Shown here: in pieces, positions 29,109-40,750 of the stretch
Numbering within the stretch: the stretch's first letter is position 1
Layout of the letters: the number at the start of each line of letters is the position of its first letter
NCBI RefSeq assembly: GCF_009914755.1
Contig: NC_060931.1
DNA: 64,000 nt
Direction: 5' to 3' (one strand)
Origin: the human T2T-CHM13v2.0 reference genome, Homo sapiens
Position numbers and translations under genes: made by a program
The notes under the pieces: model-generated
What the model was told of the DNA's origin: nothing
The model's database searches: none
Seen by the model: the letters and a program-made list of their open reading frames with translations, nothing else

Positions 29109-30182
29109 CCATTTGTAGAATTTTATTAAAAAGCAGACAAACAGTACTAGCAAGAGTTATAATCTAATTAAAAGAGCTGGAGACTCCTATATAGTTCCTA
29201 AAGATGAAAGTGTGTCCTGGGCTCCCACCCTCTCCCTGCCTGTCCTATCACCCACCACAGTGCTGACACAACCAAAGGTGCTTGGTGAAAACTGGGCTAG
29301 AGGTGAGCTCTTGGTGCCTGTTTCCAAAGCAGGCGTTGTCAGACCTGAGCAGCCTGCTTCGAGTGGGAGAGTCGTCCACTCTTCCCAAGACCTCCTGCTG
29401 TGCCAAGTCAACCACAGCCAACAAGAAGACCAACGTGGTGCATGGTTGTGTTGCTCTGATGAGGACGGCGGCATGGACAGCTTCAATTTTCAGTGAGGCT
29501 GGCGCACTTTACACACACATTCCTTTGAATTCTCAACACATCCTGTAAGGTTGAAACTCTTTTCCCCACGTCACAGATGGAGAAAACTCAGCCAGATCAA
29601 AGTCATGTTGCTAGAAAGTGACCTAACTGGGTTTAAACCTACCAGTTTGGCATCTCACGAGTAAGCTGCAAATGCTGGATGGAAGCTTAAAACCGTGTTG
29701 GTGTTCATCAGGCAAAGCCGAGGAGTGCCGGCGAGGAGGACCAGCCCGGGCTGCCGGGTGCTCCGCGTCCTGCAGACACAAGGTGGCTTTTGGAAGACAA
29801 GCTGCTTACATGGCCTTGTGGCCATCTGGCTCTTGTTTGTGGTTGGGGGGGTGGTGACTGAAGGGCATGGGGTGTGGAAACCGATCTATCATTTCTTGTA
29901 TCTTACTGGGCACAGGCTGTATTTATATATGTGGCTCCCAGGGCCCGAGGGGGGAGGGCCGGGCTTGCCAGTGGCCAGTTCTGCTCACTCAGCAACCCAA
30001 AGTGTGCTCCTGAGGGGGTAGAGCATAGAGGGCCCCCAGGAAGGACCCACCTAGAACTAGATTCTATCTCTCCTTATACACCCCAAAAGTCCTGGGCTGA
30101 AATTTCACACCGAATGCATCCCTTGCCCTCATTTTTCTTTTCTTTCTTTTTTATGCTGTTTCTTGTCTTCTCTTTCTTTCTT

Positions 30183-31608
30183 TTGGGGTGGAATTGTGTC
30201 CCCCTAAAAGGTTTTTTGAAAACCTAACTCCTGGCACCTGAGAAAGTGGCTTTGTGTGGAAAGAAGGTCCTTGCAGACACAGTTAGTTAAGATGAGGTCA
30301 CATGGAGTAGAAGGGTGTTTGCACAGTATGCCAGCAATCTTAGAAGAGAGACACACGGAGAGGGGATGCCACACAGAGACAGACACACAGAGGGATGCCA
30401 GCCATGTGACGGTGGCTAAGGAGAGGGGAGTTACAGAGCTGCAAACCAAGGAACGCCAAGCAATGTGGCAAGGCCAGCAGCCGGGAGAGAGGCGCGTGCA
30501 GGGAGGCCAGCGGCCGGGACAGAGGCACATGTAGGAGGGCCGGTGGCCAGGACAGAGACTCATTTACGGAGGCCAGAGGCGGGCACAGAGGAGCGTGCAG
30601 GGAGGCCAGCGGCTGGGACAGAGGCACATTTACGGAGGCCAGAGGCAGGCACAGAGGCACGTGCAGGGAGGCCAGCGGCCAAGACAGAGGCGCATGCAGG
30701 AAGGCCAGCGGCCGGGACAGAGGCACATTTACGGAGGCCAGAGGCAGGCACTAAGGCGCGTACAGGGAGGCCAGCGGCCGGGACAGAGGCACGTGCAGGG
30801 AGGCCAGCGGCCGGGACAGAGGCACGTATACCGCGGTCAGTGGCCGGGACAGAGGCACATGCAGGGGGACCAGTGGCCAGAACAGAGACTCATTTACGGA
30901 GGCCAGAGGCAGGCACAGAGGCGCGTGCAGTGAGGCCAGCGGCTGGGACAGAGGCACATTTACAGAGGCCAGAGGCAGGCACAGAGGCACGTGCAGGGAG
31001 GCCAGCGGCCAAGACAGAGGCGCATGCAGGGAGGCCAGCGGCCGGGACAGAGGCACGTATACCGCGGTCAGTGGCCGGGACAGAGGCACATGCAGGGGGG
31101 CCAGTGGCCAGGACAGAGACTCATTTACGGAGGCCAGAAGCAGGCACAGAGGCGCGTGCAGGGAGGCCAGCGGCTGGGACAGAGGCACATTTACGGAGGC
31201 CAGAGGCAGGCACAGAGGCGTGTGCAGGGAGGCCAACAGCCACCACAGAGGCGCGTGCAGGAAGGCCAGCGGCTGGGACAGAGGCGCGTGTACGGAGGCC
31301 TGGAGCCAGGACAGAGGCGCGTGCAGGGAGGTCAGCAGCTGGGACAGAGGTGCATTTACGGAGGCCTGGAGCCGGGACAGAGGCGCGTGCAGGGCGGCCA
31401 GCGGCCGGGACAGAGGCGCGTGCAGGGGATCCGGCCAGGACAGAAGCACAGAGAAGATTGGCCCTCAGAGCCCCCCCAAGGGGGAACCACCTCTCTCCAA
31501 GACCTTGGTGCTGGCCTCTTGGCCCCCTGAACAGTGAGAAGCCATGCCTCCGTGGTTGTCAGCCCCCGTCTGGCTGTGGTTTGCTGTGCCACCCCCGGAC
31601 TGTCACCC
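30183..31608 (+). mobile_element. MLT1C-like MaLR LTR split by an internal VNTR
   Basis: 5' part GGTGGAATTGTGTCCCCC...GTTAAGATGAGGTCACATGGAGTAG...GCTGCAAACCAAGGAACGCCAAG; 3' part CCCTCAGAGCCCCCCCAAGGGGGAACCAC...GAACAGTGAGAAG. Confidence 0.8.
30470..31445. repeat. 33-bp CpG-rich VNTR, about 29 copies (GGCCAGCGGCCGGGACAGAGGCGCGTGCAGGGA and variants)
   Basis: Visible directly; gives the 11-aa repeat RPAAGTEARAG in ORF 30465..31964. Confidence 0.95.
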
Positions 31609-33209
31609 CCCTTGCAGTTTTTCTTTCTGTGGCTTTCATTTACTCTCTTTCTTCTTCCTTTCTCATGGGCTTCCCCTGCAGGAAGTACACTTACTGCTAT
31701 GTCACAAGGTGCAAGCGAATGCTATGGCTGTGCCCCCTGGCTCCCTTTGGGATTTTCCTGGGGCCCCAGGGACTAGAAATGAGACCAGGTGGTCTTTGCC
31801 CCCAAGCCTGGCTGCCACCAGACTCAGTCCCGGCTCAGTCTGGCTTCCATCTCTGGGGCGGCCTCGAGCACGGGCTCATCTTCCCCACACAGCAAACAGA
31901 GCCTCGGCAGGCTGTGCTTGGAGAAGCCACATCCTCTCAGACAGCAAGAAGGGTTTTATCCTGAGTACGTTTTTTAAAATTAAATTTCAGGAGTGGGGTT
32001 GGGAGCAGATTCTTTCTTCTCCCACGAGTAGGTCTTTCCCACAGTGATGACCATAAGGACAACAAAAGAACAAGCGAGAGTCAGCATCACCTCCCGCCTC
32101 CCGAGCGAGGGTCAGCATCACCTCCCGCCTCCCAAGACGCACGGGGAAGCCAGGCGCGTCTGTCACGGGTGAGGGCTGCTCTTGCCCAGGGCAGCCCAGG
32201 GAGGGGGTAGGCTGTTCAGCAGCCTCTGGGGCCTGGAGAAAGCGGGTCCCTTCTGGAGGTGTGACCCGGCCGGAGTCCTCCTGGGCTGACCCAGAGGGGC
32301 CCTCCTCAGCCCCTTCTTCCCACGGGAACTGCTGGATCCAGGCCTGCTGCGCGCCGCAGTGGGGCCAGCTGGCCTGTCCCATGTCGGGGGAGACACCCCG
32401 CCCAGCTGCCCAGGCACACACCAGCCCGCACCCACCCTCTAAGCCCACAGCTAAGCGCCCATCATGCACTCCAGCTTCAGACCCCGCTCTGGGGCTGCCA
32501 CTGACTGCTATTTTAGCCGCTTGCTCCAGCTACCTTTTCATCAAAGGCCTTGAGACTCAGCCAATTCAGGAGACCACAATGGGCCCAAGAAGGCATCTGT
32601 GAATATGGCGTCTGCCTGTGGGGCCTCGTTCCCAGCAAAGGGACTGTCCATAGCCTTTCAAAGCGACAGGGACCGATGGGAGAAGGGGGCAGAGAAGGAG
32701 AAGAGCAGCGGAGAAGGGAGCCAGCAGACATACTGGCCCGAGGCAGCGGGTTAAAGGCTGTGACACCTGCTTTCCCAGGTCACAACGGAGAGGAGAGTCC
32801 GCTGGATGCTGCCCCAACCCTGGCCTGTGGCTGCAGCCCAGAGCCCTGTCCACTTCCAGGGGACCCTGTCATGCGTGGCAGCAGACACCCATCCCTGGAC
32901 CGCAGGGTCTTCTTTCCTCTGAGCCTGTGGCCACACACCTGGCACAGGCCTGTGTCTGATCTGTTTGACTGGCTTGGCCCACTGTCCCGTGTGAGGCACA
33001 CGGGACAGTGTGAGGCACACGGGACAGTGTGAGGCACAGAACCACAGGACCCCAGGGATGGAAGAGGTTGCGGAGGTCTGTGTCCAGCACCCCGCTGTGC
33101 AGAACGGCCTCCTTGCTTCCTGACGGGGACGGGGAACTCACTGCCTTTCTTGGTGCCCACTCTGCCTAGGATGCTCTGGGAGTGTCACTCTGTCACCAGC
33201 ATTTGGTGT

Positions 33210-33680
33210 CACTTTCCTGCGGCTGTGGTGAAGCGTATCTAACAGAGAATTGACCAGCTTTGAATGCACCGTTCAAGGGCACAAAATCCATTCACAGAAA
33301 TGTGCATTCTTCCCCACCATCTGCCTCCAGAACTTTCTTCCATCTCCTAAATGGAAACGACACCCACTAAGCAGTAACTCCCCACTGCCTCCCCAGCCCC
33401 AGCACCCACCATTCTACCTTCTGTTTCTGTGAATGTGACAACTCTAGGGACCTGCCATGAGTGGGATCATTCAATACTTGCCCTTCCGTGACTGGCTCAT
33501 GTCCTCTGAGCTCACTCCTGCTGTAGCGTGGGTCAGGTCCCTCCCCGTGGCTGAGCACTCCTCTGCCGTATAGCGTGGGTCGGGTCCCGTGGCTGAGCAC
33601 TCCTCTGCTGCACAGCGTGGGTTGGGTCCCGTGGCTGAGCACCCCTCTGCCATGCAGATGGACCACATGGGGTTCATCTC
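33210..33680 (-). mobile_element. Old L1M 3' UTR fragment, GC-shifted, with an internal 42-bp triplication
   Basis: CCACCATCTGCCTCCAGAACTTTCTTCCATC...AGCAGTAACTCCCCA...CCACCATTCTACCTTCTGTTTCTGTGAATGTGACAACTCTAGGGACC; CCCGTGGCTGAGCAC recurs at 33544, 33586 and 33628. Confidence 0.8.
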
Positions 33681-33795
33681 ACCAGTATTTTAGGCTACCC
33701 TTGTCTGCTGGCTTCTTCCTCACAGCCTAAAAGTATGTTTAGGTCTCTTCCATGTATTAGCACACATAAAAATCCACAAAACAGCAAAATAGGGG

Positions 33796-34840
33796 CCTGA
33801 GACCCACCCACTTTGACATGGTGAAAACCAAGAGCCTGCGAACCACCTGCTTTGACACAGTGAAAACCAAGAGCCTGAGACCCACCTGCTTTGACACAGT
33901 GAAAACCAAGAGCCTGAGACCCACCTGCTGTGACACAGTGAAAACCAAGAGCCTGAGACCCACCTGCTGTGACACAGTGAAAACCAAGAGCCTGAGACCC
34001 ACCTGCTTTGACACAGTGAAAACCAAGAGCCTGAGACCCACCTGCTGTGACACAGTGAAAACCAAGAGCCTGAGACCCACCTGCTGTGACACAGTGAAAA
34101 CCAAGAGCCTGAGACCCACCTGCTTTGACACAGTGAAAACCAAGAGCCTGAGACCCACCTGCTGTGACACAGTGAAAACCAAGAGCCTGAGACCCACCTG
34201 CTGTGACACAGTGAAAACCAAGAGCCTGAGACCCACCTGCTGTGACACAGTGAAAACCAAGAGCCTGAGACCCACCTGCTGTGACACAGTGAAAACCAAG
34301 AGCCTGAGACCCACCTGCTTTGACACAGTGAAAACCAAGAGCCTGAGACCCACCTGCTTTGACACAGTGAAAACCAAGAGCCTGAGACCCACCTGCTGTG
34401 ACACAGTGAAAACCAAGAGCCTGAGACCCACCTGCTGTGACACAGTGAAAACCAAGAGCCTGAGACCCACCTGCTGTGACACAGTGAAAACCAAGAGCCT
34501 GAGACCCACCTGCTGTGACACAGTGAAAACCAAGAGCCTGAGACCCACCTGCTGTGACACAGTGAAAACCAAGAGCCTGAGACCCACCTGCTGTGACACA
34601 GTGAAAACCAAGAGCCTGAGACCCACCTGCTGTGACACAGTGAAAACCAAGAGCCTGAGACCCACCTGCTGTGACACAGTGAAAACCAAGAGCCTGAGAC
34701 CCACCTGCTGTGACACAGTGAAAACCAAGAGCCTGAGACCCACCTGCTGTGACACAGTGAAAACCAAGAGCCTGAGACCCACCTGCTGTGACACAGTGAA
34801 AACCAAGAGCCTGAGACCCACCTGCTTTGACGTGGTGAAA
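33796..34840. repeat. 39-bp VNTR, about 26 near-identical copies, GACACAGTGAAAACCAAGAGCCTGAGACCCACCTGCT(G/T)T
   Basis: Visible directly; internal units differ at a single G/T position. Confidence 0.98.
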
Positions 34841-34859
34841 GAGCTTTCAAACACTCCCT

Positions 34860-35408
34860 AGCAACGCACCACATGCAGGGGGCTCAGACATCACAAACGT
34901 ATCTCCCTTCAGTTCTGGAGGCTGGAAGTCCAAGATCAAGGTTGGGCGGGGCTGTTTTCTCCCGAGGCCTCTCTCTGTGGCTTGCAGTCAGATGCCATCT
35001 CCCTGGGTCCTCACATGGTCATGCCTCTGTGTGTCTGTGTCCTTATCTCCTCTTCTTCTAAGGACACCAGTCCTATGGGATTAGGGTCCACCCCAGTGAA
35101 CCCATTTGACCTTAATTTCCTCTTGAATGGCTCTAGCTCCAAATACAGCCACATTCTGTGGCCTCCCCCTGGGGCTTGCAGACAGCTATTTTTACCTTCC
35201 CGCAGGGCTCTCCCTGTGGGTGTCTGTGTCCAATGTCCCCCATGTTTAAGGACACCAGTCATACTGGACTAGGGCTCACCCTAACAACTTCATCTTAACT
35301 TGATGACCTCTGTAAAGACCCTATCTCCCTATAAGGTCACCTTCTGAGGTCTTAGGGGTTAGGACTTCATCCTTTGGATTTATGGAGACACAATTCAGCC
35401 CCTAACAT
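34860..35408 (-). mobile_element. Two tandem MLT1 (MLT1A/B-like) LTR segments
   Basis: CAGTTCTGGAGGCTGGAAGTCCAAGATCAAGG...TAAGGACACCAGTC occurs twice, ending GACACAATTCAGCCCCTAACA. Confidence 0.8.
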
Positions 35409-35654
35409 CTTGGAAATTCTAACCCACTTAACCCATTCTCTTCCCTGGAAGTTCAATATTGTTTTGATGTTTATGTGTAACATTGCTTTAAAAACTCTGT
35501 CTCTTGATCACAACAAGAAACACCAATGGTCTGCGTGGCTGTGGTTTCCCCGGCTCCCTTGTGTGGCTGTGGGTCCCCAGCTCCCTTGCTCCGAGATGTC
35601 TCTGTTTTGCTTTATGCAGTTTCCTTCAAGCCCAGCATTTCGTCCTAGGGGCAT

Positions 35655-36030
35655 CCCATGGACTGAATGTTGGCGAGGCCCCAAAATTCCCATGCTGGAG
35701 CCTCAAACCCCGGTATGGCTGTATGTGAAGTAAGGCAGCCATTAAGGTTACACGAGGCCATAAGGGTGGGCCCTGATCCCACGAGATTAGTGCTCTCATA
35801 ACAAGGGACACCAGAGAGCTCGCTCATTCTCTCCTCCGATGCTGGCACCAAGAAAGGCCACTGAGGAGGGCAGGGCAAGAAGGTGGCCTTCTGTGAGCCT
35901 GGAAGAGGGGCCTCGCGAGAGCCCAGCCATGCTGGCACCCACCCCTCAGGCCTCCAACCTCCAGAGCCTGAGGAATAAGTGTCTGTGGTTCAAGCCACCC
36001 AGTCTGCGGTATTTTGTGAGGCAGCGGGAG
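35655..36030 (+). mobile_element. MaLR solo LTR (MLT1A/MST-like)
   Basis: ATGGACTGAATGTT...CCCCAAAATTCCCATGCTGGAGCC...AGGGTGGGCCCTGATCC...TTCAAGCCACCCAGTCTGCGGTATTTTGTGAGGCAGC. Confidence 0.8.
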
Positions 36031-36809
36031 AAAGCTATGGAGGGCTGTTATTTTGTTCGTATCATCTTTCGTGATGTGAAAGCTCTCTGTACTTTTAAAG
36101 TAGTAACCTTGACATTTTTCTAAACCATTCTTTACCATCTGCCTCTTTAATATTTGTTAGCAAGAGCTCCCCAACCCCCACTGCCCAATATAGTTCAAAT
36201 ATCTTCACTTTCCTCTACTTCTTTCTCACTCCCCACTTCCAAATTCCTGGTATGTTGATAGATTTTTGAATCATGCATCACCTCTTTCCACAAACTTTGT
36301 GATTCTGCATTCAGTTTACAAGCTTGGTTTTCTGTTGTTCTGTTTTAACTATTTCTACTTTAGTAACCCTACTGATTTATTTTGTTTAACTCATCTTTGA
36401 ACACCAATAACTCTGTACGATCTGTCTTGCTTAACCCACTCAGAACATGCACTTCACGCAGCCACATCACAGCAACTACTGGGGTTTCACCTGGCATAAT
36501 CCAAGCCTGAGGGGCCACTGTAGCTCTCCCCACTGCGGTCCTAACAGATGGAAGGGGACCTGGTCTCCCTCGTGCGATCTGAACTTGTAGTGTAGGCACC
36601 CAGTTAATATCCATGGAGTGATGGTAAACAGAGTCCAAATGCAACAAGAAATCTGCAAGTAACTGTCCTGGAGCCCAGGGAACAGGGCCAATGCCCACAC
36701 TGCCAGGGGGACGGCTATACTGTACGGCTGAGTGGCTCCTCACCCTGTCCCCATGCCCCTGGGAACCCATCAGAGCATTTCTGTGGATGCCTGTCTTTGT
36801 CTCTCTTGA

Positions 36810-37020
36810 CCAGGATATTCAGCCTCGCCTCAGTGGCATTTGGACAGGATAACTGTGTGGGGCTGTCCTGTGCAGGGCTGGGGGCCTCTCTGTGGGGCCA
36901 TCGTGTGCATGGCGGTGGGCCTGCCTGCATCCCTGGCCTCTGCCCGTTTAGATGCCTGTGGCAGCCCCTCCTGCAACCAAATCAGCTTCAGACACTGCCA
37001 GTGGCCCCTGGAGCCAAAGA
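36810..37020. mobile_element. MER20 (hAT-Charlie) DNA transposon
   Basis: GGATAAC...GGGGCTGTCCTGTGCA...CATCCCTGGCCTCTGCCCGTTTAGATGCC...CAGACACTGCCAGTGGCCCCTGG. Confidence 0.75.
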
Positions 37021-37234
37021 CAGGGATTCAAAGGCAGGCCAAGGCTTGTCACCTGTCTCTGCCTCACACACAGCAGGCGCTTCAACGGCCTCAGCTCGCA
37101 TTCCAGAAAGATCTGCCCACTGTGAGGTACAGGGCCTTTCTCCCACCTCACCAATGGCAGAAACGCACCTTTAGTGACCTGCGGCCCACCTGGGGATATT
37201 ACCTGGGCATCGTGCCTCATAAAACCACACCCTA

Positions 37235-37553
<319 letters not shown>

Positions 37554-37579
37554 AAAAACCCACACCCTACACTGTGGGG

Positions 37580-38380
37580 CCCTACGGCCGGCCGTGGTGC
37601 AGGCAACCTCCCCTTGACACCACTCCTGTTGCTGCGGGGCCTCCCGACCTGGGGCTGGTTCTGCGCTTTCCCTTTTCTGGGGCTTTGCCGGGCGCTTCCT
37701 GGGGCCCTCCTGGGACCTCCCTGGGGCTCTCCCGGGACCTTCTTCCTGGGGCTCTCTCGGGACCTTCCTGGGGCTTTCTCGGGATCTTCCTCGGGCTCTG
37801 CCAGGGTCTTCCTGGGGCCCTCCCGGGACCTCCCTGGGGCTCTCCCGGGGTCTTCCTGGGGGCTCTCCCGGAACCTTCTTGGGGCTCTCCCTGGAGCTTC
37901 CTGGGGCTCTCCCGAGTCCTTCCTGGGACCTTTCTGGGGCTCTCCCGTGGCCCTCCCGGGGCTCCCCCGTGGCCCTCCCGGGGCTCCCCTGCGCCCGTGT
38001 GTCCTTAGTGGGAGGGCGCTTTCAGCCTCCTTCTCCCACACACCTGTCCCGCCAGCGCAATCCAGGGGCCAGGGCGGCTGCTGAGGCCCCGGCCCGAGGA
38101 GGGGCGGTCACCCCGCAGTCGGACGCCGCCGCGCCCCACGCCGCAGGGCAGCGCGCCCCAAAGCTTCCCGCGCGGGGACTGAGTGGCGCCCTGGGCTAGT
38201 CCCCGCCCCTTCGCCCCCGCCGCGCCGCACCAGCGCCCCCTGGCGGCCATCCGCGCGCCGCGCGCTCCGACTCCCGCCCACCCTAGAGAGAGCGCGGAGC
38301 CCTGCAGGCGACTGACTTCAAGGCACAAGGCAGTGGGAATTTCGTCGCTGAGAAATGCAGCGTGTACGTCGGTTGTCTTT
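37580..38380. promoter_or_regulatory. CpG island, probable TATA-less promoter
   Basis: Very high CpG density in non-repeat sequence at 38050-38300; GC boxes GGGGCGG at 38101 and CCCCGCCCC near 38200. Confidence 0.75.
37680..37990. repeat. Degenerate GC-rich minisatellite, about 23 bp (CCTGGGGCTCTCCCGGGACCTT-like)
   Basis: Repeated GGGGCTCTCCC(G/T)GG...TTCCTGG motifs. Confidence 0.8.
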
Positions 38381-38501
38381 CCTTAAGCTGTATACACACT
38401 AGACGGAGCTTTCGGCAATGTATTCACTGAGGTTACAAGAGACAGGGACTTGGGGCTTGTTTTCTAGATTGCTGAAAATGAAGCTTTGAGAGCAGGGATG
38501 A

Positions 38502-38510
38502 CACGTAAGT
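38502..38510 (+). other. Candidate 5' splice donor CAC|GTAAGT (end of a putative first exon)
   Basis: Perfect intronic GTAAGT about 200 bp downstream of the CpG island core. Confidence 0.4.
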
Positions 38511-38699
38511 GGCTGAAACGTAAAAAACTGGAAGGTCAAATTACAAATGTAATAGAAATAGCCACCGGGTCCACTCAGTCCCCAGCCGCCTTGCAATCTG
38601 CTTTTTTAACTAGCTGCTCTCATCCGATTATAACAACCATCCGCCCCTTCAGTGGTTCCAGGGACTGCAGAGTCACATAAGAGAGCATCGCATAGAGCA

Positions 38700-40750
38700 A
38701 GTAACACATTGAGGGGGCACTCACTAAAGACAGCACCCACATAAAGAGAGCACCTACATACATAGAGCACTCACATAAAGAGGGCGCTCACATAAAGAGA
38801 GCACTCACTAGAGCATCTACACAGAGAGCACTCCCATAGAGAGAGCACCCACATACAGCACTCAGTAAAGAGAGCACCCACATACAGAGAGCACCCACAT
38901 AGAGGGAGCACCCAGAGAGAGCACTCACATAGAGCACTCACTAAAGAGAGCGCCCACATAGAGAGCACTCCCACAGAGCACCCATATAGAGCATCTGCAT
39001 AGAGAGAGCACCCACACAGAGGGAGCACCCCCATAGAGACAGCACTCACATAGAGCACCCCCCTAGAGAAAGCACCCCCATAGAGAGAGCACCCTTATAG
39101 AGAGAGAACCCCATAGAGAGAGCACCCCTATAGAGAGAGCACCACCATAGAGAAAGCCCCCACACAGAGGGAGCACCCCCATAGAGACAGCACCCCTTAG
39201 AGAGAGCACCCCTTAGCGAAAGCACCCACACAGAGGGAGCACCCACGCAGAGGGAGCACTCACATAGAGCACCCCCCTAAAGAAAGCACCCCGATAGAGA
39301 GCATCCCTATAGAGAGCACCACCATAGAAAGCCCCCACACAGAGGGAGCACCCCCATAGAGACAGCACCCCTTAGAGAGAGCACCCCTTAGCGAAAGCAC
39401 CCACACAGAGGGAGCACCCACACAGAGGGAGCACTCACATAGAGCACCCCCCTAAAGAAAGCACCCCCATAGAGAGCATCCCTATAGAGAGAGCACCACC
39501 ATAGAGAAAGCCCCCACACAGAGGGAGCACCCCTATAGAGAGAGCATCCCTTAGAGAGAGCACCCATAGAGACAGCACCCACACAGAGGGAGCACCCTAT
39601 AGACACAGCACTCACACAGAGCACCCACTAGAGAAAATACCCCCATAGAGAGAGCACCCCATAGAGCCCCCACACAGAGGGAGCACCCCCACAGAGAGAG
39701 CACCCACACAGAGGGAGCACCCACACAGAGAGAGCACCCACACAGAGGGAGCATCCCATAGACAGAGCACTCACATAGCGCACCCCCATAGAGCACCCAC
39801 ACAGAGGGAGCACCCCCATAGAGACAGCACTCACATAGAGCACCTCCATAGAGAGAGCACCCCCATAGACCACTCACATAGAGCACCTACATAGAGAGAG
39901 CACTCACATAGAGCACTCACACAGAGAGCATCCACATAGAAAGAGCACTCACATAGAGCACCCATAGAGAGAGCACTCACATAGAGAGAGCACCCACATA
40001 GAGAGCACCCACATAGAGAGAGCACCCACATAGAGTACCCACAGAGAGCACCCATATAGAGCACCTACATAGAGAGAGCACCCACATAGAGAGAGCACTC
40101 ACATAGAGAACACCTACATAGAGCACTCACATAGAGCACCTACATAAACAGAGCACTCACATAGAGCACTCGCATAGAGCACCTACATAGAGAGAGCACC
40201 CACATAGAGAGAACACCCACATAGAGAGAGCACTCAGAGCACCCGCATAGAGAGCACTCCCATAGAGCACCTACATAGAGAGCACTCACACAGAGCACCT
40301 AGAGAGCACCCACATAGAGAGCACTCACATAGAGAGAGCACCCACATAGAGAGAGCACTCAGAGAGAGCACCTACATAGAGCACTCACATAGAGCACCTA
40401 CATAGAGAGAGCACCTAGAGAGCACTCACATAGAGCACCTACATAGAGAGAGCACCCACATAGAGCACCCACATAGAGCACCTACATAGAGAAAGCACTC
40501 ACAGAGAGCACCCACATAGAGAGATCACCCACATAGAGTACCCCATAGAGAGAGCACCTACATAGAGAACACTCACATAGAGAGTGCACCCACATAGAGA
40601 GCACCCACATAGAGAGCACCTACATAGAGAGCACTCACATAGAGAGAGCACCCACATAGAGAGAGCACCTACATAGAGCACTCATAGAGCACCCACATAG
40701 AGAGAGCACTCACATAGAGCACCCACATAGAGAGAGCACCCACATAGCAC
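38700..40750. repeat. 2-kb complex VNTR of 13-19-bp AGAG(AG)CAC(C/T)CACAT units with an approximately 177-bp higher-order block
   Basis: Visible directly; the marker GCACCACCATAGA recurs near 39139, 39315 and 39493. Confidence 0.93.

Noticed and set aside
30465-31964. 499-aa ORF with 11-aa repeats
   Set aside because: It is the 33-bp VNTR plus LTR read-through; unit length divisible by three explains the open frame.
33796-34840. CRISPR-like regular 39-bp array
   Set aside because: Units are head-to-tail with no unique spacers, there are no cas genes, and the context is primate DNA.
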